In this document: positions 44,503-53,450 of the stretch, in pieces
Numbering within the stretch: position 1 is the stretch's first letter
Layout: each line of letters begins with the position of its first letter
From: a virus
IMG/VR virus record: IMGVR_UViG_3300025705_000581
Length of the DNA stretch: 64,000 nt
Reading direction: 5' to 3' (one strand)
Translations under genes and position numbers: made by a program
The notes under the pieces: model-generated
Told to the model about the DNA's origin: nothing
What the model saw: the letters and a program-made list of their open reading frames with translations, nothing else
Database searches by the model: none

Positions 44503-45620
44503 AAGTAATTGTGAATACCGAATCAATCTATAAACGTGATTCAAAAGAAGCAATCCGTGTATGGTTTGGTGAAGTAGGCGTAGATGGTGATACCTATGGT
44601 TGGCGCAGTACAGCAGGTTTGTTGGACGGCAAAAAAGTCACGTCAGGTTGGAAAATAGTTGAGCAAAAAAATGTCGGTAAGGCAAATGAAACCTCGCTTG
44701 AGGAACAGGCTTTATCTGAAATGAACTCAGACTATGATAAAAAACTTGAACGTGGCTATTTCAAAACCATTGCTGATATTGATAAATTCACTAAGATCAA
44801 ACCGATGTTGGCTGCAAAGTATGAAGATGTTACAATTAACTTTGAAACTCAAAGATATTATACTCAACCAAAATTAGATGGTATTCGGTGTATTGCTCGA
44901 GCGGATGGATTGTGGTCTCGTGGGTTTAAAGAAATCATCAGTGTACCTCATATCCATGAAAGTTTAAAATGGTATTTTGATAAACACCCTGATGCTATTC
45001 TTGATGGTGAGTTATACAACCATGACCTCCGTGAAAACTTTAATAAGATCACATCATTGGTTCGCAAAACAAAACCAGAACCTTGGGATATTAAAGACTC
45101 AAGAAGATTGGTAGAATATCACGTTTATGATCTAATCAGTTCAAATGAAATATTCTCAAAACGAATTGATGAAATATGCCTATTGGAATTTGATCCTTGT
45201 ATTCAAGTTGTTAAAACAGAAGAAGTACGTAGCTTTGAAGAAATTGACACTAAATATGGTGGATACCTTGAAGCAGGTTACGAAGGACAAATGGTCCGTG
45301 CTGATGAAGTTTACCAACAAAACAAACGGTCAAAGTTTTTACTTAAACGTAAAGAGTTCCTAACTGATGAGTTTACAGTTATCGGTGTTGAAGAAGGCAA
45401 AGGTAATTGGGCAGGACATATCAAACGGTTTATCCTTGAGTTAAAAGATGGTACTCAATTTGGTGCAGGTGTACGTGGTAATCAAGCATTACTTAAAGAA
45501 ATGTATGACAACGGTGATAAACCTAATTGGTGTACTTTACGTTACTTTGCGCCAACACCTGACGGCATTCCGAGGTTTCCTGTAGTAATTGATTGGGGAA
45601 ACGGCGTTCGTGAGGACTGA
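44499..45620 (+). CDS. 30: ATP-dependent DNA ligase
   Basis: QPKLDGIR, LDGELY, YEGQMVR, LLKRK, C-terminal OB fold. Confidence 0.93.
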   Translation: MKVIVNTESIYKRDSKEAIRVWFGEVGVDGDTYGWRSTAGLLDGKKVTSGWKIVEQKNVGKANETSLEEQALSEMNSDYDKKLERGYFKTIADIDKFTKIKPMLAAKYEDVTINFETQRYYTQPKLDGIRCIARADGLWSRGFKEIISVPHIHESLKWYFDKHPDAILDGELYNHDLRENFNKITSLVRKTKPEPWDIKDSRRLVEYHVYDLISSNEIFSKRIDEICLLEFDPCIQVVKTEEVRSFEEIDTKYGGYLEAGYEGQMVRADEVYQQNKRSKFLLKRKEFLTDEFTVIGVEEGKGNWAGHIKRFILELKDGTQFGAGVRGNQALLKEMYDNGDKPNWCTLRYFAPTPDGIPRFPVVIDWGNGVRED

Positions 45621-45650
45621 CATAAATAACTCTATCAAAGGAGTTATATT

Positions 45651-46073
45651 ATGTGGTTTCATAACGGTGAAGAATTTACCTCAGAAATGATTGAAGACTA
45701 TGTTGGATTTGTCTACTGTATTACGGACAAGTCCAATGATAAGAAATACATTGGCAAAAAATTGCTAATGTCAAAAAGGCGCCTACCACCTCTTAAAGGT
45801 AAAACCCGTCGACGTATTAAAATCGTTGAGACTGATTGGCAAAAATATTATGGTTCATCTGAAGAAGTCAAACTGATGGTTGAAGAAAAAGGCGCCGACA
45901 ATTTCCATAGAGAAATACTACACCTATGCCATAAGAAAGGTGAGCTCGGATATTTAGAACTCCGGGAACAAATCTTACGTGATGTTTTATTGCGTGACGA
46001 TTATTATAATGGAATTGTCCAAGCAAAAATTCACCGAAACCACATAAAGTCATTGACATATCTTATAGAATAG
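45651..46073 (+). CDS. GIY-YIG (Seg-like) endonuclease
   Basis: GFVYCIT...KKYIGKK...YYGSS...FHREIL...ELREQ. Confidence 0.7.
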   Translation: MWFHNGEEFTSEMIEDYVGFVYCITDKSNDKKYIGKKLLMSKRRLPPLKGKTRRRIKIVETDWQKYYGSSEEVKLMVEEKGADNFHREILHLCHKKGELGYLELREQILRDVLLRDDYYNGIVQAKIHRNHIKSLTYLIE

Positions 46074-46092
46074 ATTATTATAGTCTAGAATC
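46053..46092 (+). promoter_or_regulatory. sigma70-type promoter with downstream GAATC
   Basis: TTGACA-N17-TATTAT; GAATC at 46088. Confidence 0.65.
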
Positions 46093-46106
46093 ACAAGGAG
46101 ATACCA

Positions 46107-46337
46107 ATGATTATCAAACGCAAATCAGCATACACCGGTCTGACTCGGTCAAAGGATATTCCTGTTGACCCACAAGGTTGGGCAATGTATCAGTCAGGTT
46201 ACGGCAGTGTTGATGAATGTCTTCCGTATCTTACTGATGAAGACCGTGACTTTATTTTGTCAGGTATGATGCCTGGTGAATGGAACACTGCTATCAGTGC
46301 CGAACTAAAACTAATTGTGGAAGATACTTTTATATGA
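46107..46337 (+). CDS. Hypothetical protein
   Basis: 76 aa, SD AAGGAG. Confidence 0.75.
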   Translation: MIIKRKSAYTGLTRSKDIPVDPQGWAMYQSGYGSVDECLPYLTDEDRDFILSGMMPGEWNTAISAELKLIVEDTFI

Positions 46338-47017
46338 TATTCCTATTTAACGGACCACCTAGATCAGGCAAAGATGCTGCCGCTGATTATTTTAAAGAAA
46401 AAGGTTATAAGCACCTTTCTTTTAAATATCAGTTATATAGAGAAACAGCAAGATACTTTGATGTTGATTACGATTGGTTTATGAAACGATATGACGACCG
46501 CTCAGTAAAAGAAGTTCCACATATGGATCTTGGTCATATGTCATGCCGTGAAGCTATGATATACGTATCAGAAATAATAGTAAAACCTAAACGTGGTTTG
46601 GATTACTTTGGTTTGCAGGTAGCAAATGAAATTGATTTGTCAAAGGATTACGCTATCTCAGATGGTGGTTTTGTTGACGAATTAAAACCTGTTATAAATA
46701 CTATTGGTTCCGATAATTTTATCTTGGTCCAATTGACTCGTGATGGATGTGACTATTCAACAGATTCAAGACGGTATTTTAATGGTAAAGTTGTAGAAGA
46801 AATTGTTAACTCTTATGCAACACCAATTCAGCCCAAATATGTTTTAGATTATAAGTTTGATGTTAAAACGTACAGGATACATAATAATGGCACGCTCGGA
46901 GCTTTTCATAGTGCATTAGAAAATATTTATGAAAAGGAAGTAACATATAAAAATGTCAAAGAGCAAAAGTTCAAATGCGACCAAGAAGGAAAAATACTCG
47001 AGTCGGATATTCTATGA
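46334..47017 (+). CDS. Deoxynucleoside monophosphate kinase-like (gp1-type) P-loop protein
   Basis: FNGPPRSGKD, ISDGGFVDE. Confidence 0.75.
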   Translation: MIFLFNGPPRSGKDAAADYFKEKGYKHLSFKYQLYRETARYFDVDYDWFMKRYDDRSVKEVPHMDLGHMSCREAMIYVSEIIVKPKRGLDYFGLQVANEIDLSKDYAISDGGFVDELKPVINTIGSDNFILVQLTRDGCDYSTDSRRYFNGKVVEEIVNSYATPIQPKYVLDYKFDVKTYRIHNNGTLGAFHSALENIYEKEVTYKNVKEQKFKCDQEGKILESDIL

Positions 47018-47195
47018 AAATCCATATGACATTGAAACATTTTTCGAAGCTCTTGGTATCGCAGCCGACCACGGTAAAGAATTGCAATACGTAGATCAAT
47101 TTATTGCACGTATGAAATCTGAACCGACAAGTGATACGGCAACCACCTGCTTTGAAATCTTAAGAGATTTTGAACTAATTAAATTTGAAGATTAA
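46953..47195 (+). CDS. Hypothetical protein
   Basis: 80 aa. Confidence 0.6.
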   Translation: MSKSKSSNATKKEKYSSRIFYENPYDIETFFEALGIAADHGKELQYVDQFIARMKSEPTSDTATTCFEILRDFELIKFED

Positions 47196-47221
47196 CTAAA
47201 CTAACATAGAAAGATTATATT

Positions 47222-47476
47222 ATGGACAAGAATGAAATTATTAATGCACTTAAAGTCGGTGTATGCGAAATTACTTTCACAAAAAAGAATGGTGATGAGC
47301 GACTAATGTTTGCAACACTCAATGAAGAAATGTTGCCACCTCAACGAGATATTGAGGAACAAATCCAAAAGAAAAAACCTAACAATGATGTTCTCGCGGT
47401 TTATGACGTGAAGGCACCAGGATGGCGTTCTTTTCGTTGGGATTCATTAAAAGAATTTAACAATCAAGGAGTTTAA
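47222..47476 (+). CDS. SH3 beta-barrel (WYL_2-like) protein
   Basis: ITFTKKNGDERLMFATL...VYDV...WRSFR. Confidence 0.8.
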   Translation: MDKNEIINALKVGVCEITFTKKNGDERLMFATLNEEMLPPQRDIEEQIQKKKPNNDVLAVYDVKAPGWRSFRWDSLKEFNNQGV

Positions 47477-47479
47477 TAA

Positions 47480-48439
47480 ATGAGCTGTATCTATAAAGGC
47501 GTGGTTGAGGAGTCTGAACTATCAGTTAAATCCAAGGGTGGTACTGAAATGATGAGGGCACGCCTGATAGACGGAGTAGATCCTGCTCTGTTACAGGAAT
47601 ATGCTATCCACTTGTCACGTCCACGTGATATGAAAGGCGATGTTAAAAATATCCTATGGTGCCATGATCTTGCCGAGGATCCTGAAAACAAAATTCTAAA
47701 AGAAAAAGGTTGGAATAATTTTGACCATATTGTTTTCGTTTCACAATGGCAACGAGATCAGTATATCACTTATTATGGTATACCGCACTCAATGTGCTCG
47801 GTAATTCCTAATGCTATTGAAAAAGATTACAAACCTTCGGAAGAAAAAGATTATGAAACTATTCGTTTTGTATATCATACAACTCCGCACCGTGGTTTGG
47901 AATTACTTATTCCTATCTTTGAACAATTAGCAAAAGAATTTGATAACATCCATCTTGATGTGTTTTCGTCATTTGGTATATATGGTTGGGGTCATAGAGA
48001 TGAACCTTACCAACCATTGTTTGATAAAATTGAAGCACATCCCAAGATGACTTATCACGGATCGGTAAATAACCGTCTTGTATTGGATACATTGGATAAA
48101 TCTCATATTTTCCTATATCCAAATACATGGAAAGAAACATCTTGCATCTCGTTGATTGAGGCAATCAAATCAGGTTTGGTTTGTATTCACCCCAACCTTG
48201 GTGCACTTACTGAAACCGCAAGCGGTGCAACAATTTCTTATGATTGGCATGAGAATCCTACACAGCATGCGAACGTAGCATATTCTGTCGCAAAAGGTGT
48301 ACTTAATATGCAACAATCAGATCCTGACTTTATTCGACGTTTTACAACAAGTGATAGGTTCAATTTAGCCAGGAATAATATAAATACTTTTACAACAACA
48401 TGGACACAGCTCCTACGAGCATTGGCATCAGATGACTGA
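47480..48439 (+). CDS. GT-B (GT4-like) glycosyltransferase
   Basis: GGTEMM, FVSQWQ, TPHRGL, KETSCISLIEA. Confidence 0.85.
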   Translation: MSCIYKGVVEESELSVKSKGGTEMMRARLIDGVDPALLQEYAIHLSRPRDMKGDVKNILWCHDLAEDPENKILKEKGWNNFDHIVFVSQWQRDQYITYYGIPHSMCSVIPNAIEKDYKPSEEKDYETIRFVYHTTPHRGLELLIPIFEQLAKEFDNIHLDVFSSFGIYGWGHRDEPYQPLFDKIEAHPKMTYHGSVNNRLVLDTLDKSHIFLYPNTWKETSCISLIEAIKSGLVCIHPNLGALTETASGATISYDWHENPTQHANVAYSVAKGVLNMQQSDPDFIRRFTTSDRFNLARNNINTFTTTWTQLLRALASDD

Positions 48440-48791
48440 TAACATTATAGAATTCCCTAAGGTTAATAATAACGTCGAGTCTTTGACGAAAGAACAACTG
48501 CGAGCGCAAATTGACGAGTACAAAGAAGAAGTAGCTAATGAAATGTCGGAATTTTTGTTTCGACACGTCATTGGTGAATTAACAAGGGTAGGGCATAAAT
48601 TTGATAAAAATATAGAACACTTTATGCCTTCTATGATGATGGTCCTAGAATCAATAAGGTCGTTAGCTTTACAGGCACACGGAATTGAGCACGACTTTCA
48701 ATCAATCGCAAAAGATATACTGGAAATTGAAATAAAAGATATTAACAGTTTTAAAGAAAAAATGGTTGACATTGAGGAAGAGTTAGATTAA
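48432..48791 (+). CDS. Hypothetical protein
   Basis: 119 aa. Confidence 0.7.
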   Translation: MTDNIIEFPKVNNNVESLTKEQLRAQIDEYKEEVANEMSEFLFRHVIGELTRVGHKFDKNIEHFMPSMMMVLESIRSLALQAHGIEHDFQSIAKDILEIEIKDINSFKEKMVDIEEELD

Positions 48792-48794
48792 TAT
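48766..48794 (+). promoter_or_regulatory. sigma70-type promoter for rnh
   Basis: TTGACA-N17-TAATAT. Confidence 0.6.
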
Positions 48795-48829
48795 AGTTTA
48801 TATAAATCAAATTGAAATGAGAAAACACA

Positions 48830-49690
48830 ATGGCAATATTAGTAGATTATAACCAAGTTATCCTTGCCTCGCTATTTGCGAGCATCGGTAATCACACGAA
48901 CATTGATGTAGATGAAAATCTTATTCGACATATGTTCTTAAATTCAATTCGTTCTAACCGTAAAAAGTTTACAAAAGAATACGGTGAGATCGTTATATGT
49001 GCTGACGGCAAAAATTCATGGCGCCGTGAAGCATATCCTTATTATAAGGCAAACCGTCGCAAATCACGAGATGAGTCTGAACTCGATTGGAATGTATTAT
49101 TTGGTATTATGAATACCATCCGAGATGAGTTGAAAGAATTCTTTCCATATAAAGTAATTCATATGGATCACTGTGAAGCTGATGATATTATTGGCACCAT
49201 CTGCCATGATGAAGGTACTGATTTAAATATCGGTAATGAAAAATACCTTGTTCTATCAGGTGATAAAGATTATATCCAATTACAATCCTATGTGAATGTA
49301 GATCAGTATGATCCTGTTCGCAAACGTTGGATCCGTAATGATAATCCTACGAATTATCTCAATGAGCATATCCTTCGTGGTGATAAAGGTGACGGTGTAC
49401 CAAATGTTCTGAGTCCTGACAATTGCCTTGCAGTAGGCACACGTCAAAAGGCAATGACAAAACCACGCCTTGAAAAATTACTCAAAGGTACATCTGAAAT
49501 GGATGAAGAAACATTGCGTTGCTTCCACCGTAATAAAATGATGATTGACCTAAGTCAAATCCCTGCTAATTACGTAGAACAAATTCGTTCGGAATGGCAG
49601 GCACCGAAAGACATCGGACGGCAATATCTATTTGATTATTTTGTCAAGCGTAAATTGAAAAACTTAATTACAGATATACAGGATTTTTAA
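48830..49690 (+). CDS. rnh: RNase H / 5'-3' exonuclease (T4 type)
   Basis: ILVDYNQ, YKANR, EADDIIG, SGDKDYIQL, GDKGDGVPN. Confidence 0.95.
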   Translation: MAILVDYNQVILASLFASIGNHTNIDVDENLIRHMFLNSIRSNRKKFTKEYGEIVICADGKNSWRREAYPYYKANRRKSRDESELDWNVLFGIMNTIRDELKEFFPYKVIHMDHCEADDIIGTICHDEGTDLNIGNEKYLVLSGDKDYIQLQSYVNVDQYDPVRKRWIRNDNPTNYLNEHILRGDKGDGVPNVLSPDNCLAVGTRQKAMTKPRLEKLLKGTSEMDEETLRCFHRNKMMIDLSQIPANYVEQIRSEWQAPKDIGRQYLFDYFVKRKLKNLITDIQDF

Positions 49691-49694
49691 TAAG

Positions 49695-50123
49695 ATGGTA
49701 AAAAAATTAGCAATTTCAGAAATCATTGCTGAGCTCGGTAATATGGGTAAACCTGAAGAAAAGATTGAGTGGTTGTTGAAAAATGATTCGCAACCACTCC
49801 GTGAAATCCTACGGCTTACTTATGACAAATCAGTTAAGTGGTTACTACCTGAATCGCCTCCACCTTGGAAAGAAAATGAATATGAAGATGAAGCACGCTT
49901 AATGCTTTACCGTGAAATGCGGCGTATGAAAATCTTTCTTGAAGGTGGTGGATATGACAATTTGAATCAAGTCAAAAGAGAAGGTTTATTCATAAGTTTG
50001 CTTGAAGATATATATAATGAAGATGCCAAACTTTTGGCCAACTATGTTATAGCACAAAAATCATTTAAAGGATTGCGCAAATCAACCGTAGTCAAAGCAT
50101 TTCCTGATCTAATAAAAGAGTAA
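49695..50123 (+). CDS. Conserved T4-like hypothetical protein
   Basis: KREGLFISLLE; follows rnh. Confidence 0.75.
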   Translation: MVKKLAISEIIAELGNMGKPEEKIEWLLKNDSQPLREILRLTYDKSVKWLLPESPPPWKENEYEDEARLMLYREMRRMKIFLEGGGYDNLNQVKREGLFISLLEDIYNEDAKLLANYVIAQKSFKGLRKSTVVKAFPDLIKE

Positions 50124-50128
50124 GAATA

Positions 50129-50305
50129 ATGGCAAAAACGTTTAAGAAATTCCGCGAAGATTATATGGATGACGAATGGGGTGATGAAGACGAATCAGTT
50201 ACCAACAAGGAACGTCGTATGAAGAACCGCCGTGATAGGAAAAAAACTAAACACAATGAACGTAACGAAACATTTGCTGAAAAAAATGATTTAAAAAGAA
50301 ATTAA
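50129..50305 (+). CDS. 58-aa charged microprotein
   Basis: MAKTFKKFREDYMDDEWGDEDES...KRN*; not in the ORF track. Confidence 0.65.
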   Translation: MAKTFKKFREDYMDDEWGDEDESVTNKERRMKNRRDRKKTKHNERNETFAEKNDLKRN

Positions 50306-50342
50306 CTATTGACATTTGAGTACAAATAGTGTAGATTGATTC
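50291..50342 (+). promoter_or_regulatory. Early promoter with TTAA-N7-TTAAC box
   Basis: TTAA-aaagaaa-TTAAC-TA-TTGACA-N17-TAGATT-GATTC. Confidence 0.7.
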
Positions 50343-50371
50343 TATAAGGTAAAACAAAAGGAATCAATCTT

Positions 50372-50761
50372 ATGGGTACTTCATCAATGATCGCAAACTA
50401 CAACGAAGACGGTACAGTTACAGCAACATATTGCCATTACGATGGTTATCTTGCTTATAACGGCCGTCTTCTTTTTGAATCATATAACACTCCTGAAAAA
50501 GCAAAAGCTGTTGCTAATGCAGGTTATATCTCAGGTTTAAAAGAAGACTTGCAAACATCTTTAGATGAGTCAGTACATTCAAACCAATCTCCTGTAACAT
50601 ACAATTCAGTTGAAGATTTTCTGGCAAATGGCCGTGAATATGCTTGTGCTGATTACCTTTACCTGTTTGATGGTGAAGCATGGTTCTTTGCTTCAACTAT
50701 GAATAACGGTCCATGGTTGATGGAAGAAGTTGAAATGAATTTAGCGGTGGAGGCGGCATAA
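50372..50761 (+). CDS. Hypothetical protein
   Basis: YCHYDGY motif; SD AAGG. Confidence 0.75.
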   Translation: MGTSSMIANYNEDGTVTATYCHYDGYLAYNGRLLFESYNTPEKAKAVANAGYISGLKEDLQTSLDESVHSNQSPVTYNSVEDFLANGREYACADYLYLFDGEAWFFASTMNNGPWLMEEVEMNLAVEAA

Positions 50762-50826
50762 ATTTGAAATTAAATCAAATTAACCATTGACATTCTCCGT
50801 AGAATCAGTTATATTAGAATCATCAA
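50761..50826 (+). repeat. Early promoter cassette, copy A
   Basis: Matches 59875-59940: 34 nt identical, 6 nt variable, 26 nt identical; TTGACA 50787, TATATT 50810. Confidence 0.9.
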
Positions 50827-50842
50827 CAAAAGGAAAAACCAA

Positions 50843-51208
50843 ATGACTACACAATTTAAAAACTTTGATCGCAAAAACCTGAAATCACTTCGTCAAGAAA
50901 TGAGTGCACTACTTGCATCTTATGGTGTATCAAGCAACCTTGATATTGAAGTTGGCAATATGTCTTTCAGTGATGCTGAAGTAAATATCAAAGTTTCAGC
51001 AAAAGTTAAAGGTGCGGTTACTATGACTGATCGCATTCTTCAAATGGAAGTTGACCGTTTGGGTCTTTCTATGAAAAACCGTGATGGTGATGAACTCATT
51101 GAGTACAAAACCCGCTCACCAAAATATGCCTTTGTTTTCCGTTGTGGTAAAACTGGCAAAATGTTTAAAACCGATGAGCGTGCTGCAATCCGGCGGTTCG
51201 CATCCTAA
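50843..51208 (+). CDS. Hypothetical protein
   Basis: 121 aa. Confidence 0.75.
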   Translation: MTTQFKNFDRKNLKSLRQEMSALLASYGVSSNLDIEVGNMSFSDAEVNIKVSAKVKGAVTMTDRILQMEVDRLGLSMKNRDGDELIEYKTRSPKYAFVFRCGKTGKMFKTDERAAIRRFAS

Positions 51209-51223
51209 GAAAGGAAATATATT

Positions 51224-51805
51224 ATGAATAAACGTGAAAAATTAATTTTAGTCGACTGTGATGGTGTATTGCTTGATTGGCAATACTCCTTCTATCAATG
51301 GATGGAAGCTCGTGGTCATTACGCAAAAGACATTGCTGAATATGATATGGGTCAAGTTTTTGATATGTCATATGACAAAGCAAAAGAAATGTGTGAGTAC
51401 TTTAACTGCTCTGCTGCAATCGGTTGGTTATCACCATTCCGTGATGCAAAGAAATATGTTAAAAAACTCAATGAAGATCACGGGTACATCTTCCATTGTA
51501 TCACTTCACTGTCGACTGACAAATATGCTGGTAAGCTTCGAATGAAAAACCTTGAAGCAGTATTCGGTAAGAAAGTGTTTGAAGAACTTATCTGCCTACC
51601 ATGTGGTGGTGATAAAGATAGTGCTCTTGAAGCATACCGTGACTCAGGTTGTTTTTGGGTTGAAGATAAACCTGAGAACGCCGTAACCGGTTCTAAATTT
51701 GGTCTTGAATCACTATTGATTGAACATCCACACAATAAAGATTTTTCTCACACTGATGTGGTAAATGTTAAAAATTGGCGTGAAATCTATGATCTTATTG
51801 TATAA
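51224..51805 (+). CDS. HAD-family 5'(3')-deoxyribonucleotidase
   Basis: VDCDGVLLD, WVEDKPEN. Confidence 0.85.
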   Translation: MNKREKLILVDCDGVLLDWQYSFYQWMEARGHYAKDIAEYDMGQVFDMSYDKAKEMCEYFNCSAAIGWLSPFRDAKKYVKKLNEDHGYIFHCITSLSTDKYAGKLRMKNLEAVFGKKVFEELICLPCGGDKDSALEAYRDSGCFWVEDKPENAVTGSKFGLESLLIEHPHNKDFSHTDVVNVKNWREIYDLIV

Positions 51806-51808
51806 ATA
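51801..51808 (+). promoter_or_regulatory. T4-type late promoter
   Basis: TATAAATA. Confidence 0.6.
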
Positions 51809-51837
51809 ATGCTAACAGATGTTAGTTAGATTATGTG

Positions 51838-51864
51838 AAGGCAATCTGTTAAGGTTGCCTTTTT
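51838..51864 (+). terminator. Rho-independent terminator-like hairpin
   Basis: AAGGCAAT-ctgttaag-GTTGCCTT-TTT. Confidence 0.6.
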
Positions 51865-51883
51865 CCATTTTAAAGGAGTATGA

Positions 51884-52144
51884 ATGCCTGTATATAGTTT
51901 TGAGAATAAAGAAACAAATGAACAATTTGAATTGACAATGAGTATGGCTGAACGAGAGCCGTACCTAGAAGCAAACCCCAATATAAAACAGATATTTACG
52001 AAGTTTCCGGGAATCGGTGACCCGGCACGTCTCGGCATTAAAAAAGTTGACGACGGTTTTAAAGATGTGCTTAAAAATGTAAAGAAGCATCATCCAGGTT
52101 CAATTAAAAAGGATGGTGTAAAAAATAAAATTAACACATGGTAA
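51884..52144 (+). CDS. FmdB-like small protein
   Basis: MPVYSFENKETNEQFELTMS. Confidence 0.65.
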   Translation: MPVYSFENKETNEQFELTMSMAEREPYLEANPNIKQIFTKFPGIGDPARLGIKKVDDGFKDVLKNVKKHHPGSIKKDGVKNKINTW

Positions 52145-52163
52145 TACACCATTAGGAGGTTTC

Positions 52164-52913
52164 ATGGCTAAACAGCGAAGATTATCCCGTAAAGAAAAAA
52201 GAAGAGTAGAACGTGAACAGGATTATATGATGGGTATTTTAAACACTAAGTTTTCAATGCGAAAGATTAAACCACTCACACCATCACAATCTGATCTATT
52301 TCAATCTTATAACAAAGGATACAATATCGCAGCTATCGGAACAGCAGGTACAGGAAAAACAATGTGTGCTACATACTTGGCACTCAATGATGTACTACAG
52401 AAAGGAGAGTATGAAAAGATCATCATTATTAGATCTGCAGTTCAGACACGCGAGCAGGGCTTTATGCCCGGATCACAAGCACAAAAAGAAGCGGTATTTG
52501 AAGCACCATATACCGATATTGTGAATGACTTATTTGGAAGAAAGGATGCTTATCAAGTTCTAAAAACAAAAGGAATGATTGAGTTTAAAACTTCATCATT
52601 TGTCCGAGGATTAACTTTTGACAACGCAGTTATTATCGTGGATGAATGTCAATCAATGACATACCATGAACTTGACAGTATTATTACTCGCGTCGGAGAA
52701 TCATCAAAGATTGTATTTTGTGGCGACACAAAACAAGATGATCTACAACAATCTAAAAACCGTGCTGATATTTCAGGATTAGTAAGCTTTATTAAAGTAT
52801 TGAATGCTATACCGTCCTGCGATGTTGTAAAATTTGGAGTGGAAGATATTGTCCGCTCGGGATTGGTAAAAGAATATATAATTGCAAAAGAGAAACTATT
52901 AGAGGCCGCATAA
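52164..52913 (+). CDS. phoH: PhoH-family ATPase
   Basis: GTAGTGKT, FVRGLTF, VDECQ, CGDTKQDD, DIVRSGLVK. Confidence 0.93.
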   Translation: MAKQRRLSRKEKRRVEREQDYMMGILNTKFSMRKIKPLTPSQSDLFQSYNKGYNIAAIGTAGTGKTMCATYLALNDVLQKGEYEKIIIIRSAVQTREQGFMPGSQAQKEAVFEAPYTDIVNDLFGRKDAYQVLKTKGMIEFKTSSFVRGLTFDNAVIIVDECQSMTYHELDSIITRVGESSKIVFCGDTKQDDLQQSKNRADISGLVSFIKVLNAIPSCDVVKFGVEDIVRSGLVKEYIIAKEKLLEAA

Positions 52914-53212
52914 TGCCAGCAGTTATAAGAAAAGGGATAGATAGTCATATTGGACATTTCAGTACAACTCCCAACCCTTTTCACAAAACTAAATATGTTG
53001 TTGCAGGACAAGGTAAGGTTACCGCTCAAGGTGGCCTTGCCGTAACAACAGGTGGATCAACAGCCTGCGGTGATGATGCCGTGGGCGGTTCATCAAAAGT
53101 ATCGGCGGGTGGATATGCCGTTCATAGAACTGGTGATGCCACAAGTGGTCATGGTAGTTATCTTGCAAATGCCGCAGCGGCAGGTTCAGACAAGGTTACC
53201 GCCGGCGGATAA
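52913..53212 (+). CDS. PAAR-like spike tip protein (gp5.4)
   Basis: PAVIRKG.DSHIGH, TACGD, AVHRTGDATSGH. Confidence 0.8.
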   Translation: MPAVIRKGIDSHIGHFSTTPNPFHKTKYVVAGQGKVTAQGGLAVTTGGSTACGDDAVGGSSKVSAGGYAVHRTGDATSGHGSYLANAAAAGSDKVTAGG

Positions 53213-53219
53213 ATAACGC

Positions 53220-53450
53220 ATGGCAAATCCAAATTACGCATCCTTATTAGCACAAATTGCAGCGGAGACCGATCCCGTTGCTAAAGCAGCTTTGGAAGCA
53301 CAACTTGTTATTAATACAGAACTTACAGAAGAAGAAATAGAATTATTTGAGTATACCACATTTGACTATATTGAATTTAACCCGGGTTATAATAACGAGT
53401 TCAAATCATATGTTGGCGAATACTTTAATGACGACGGAGATTCAACCTAA
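53220..53450 (+). CDS. Hypothetical protein, probably virion
   Basis: 76 aa between PAAR and the tail fibre. Confidence 0.65.
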   Translation: MANPNYASLLAQIAAETDPVAKAALEAQLVINTELTEEEIELFEYTTFDYIEFNPGYNNEFKSYVGEYFNDDGDST

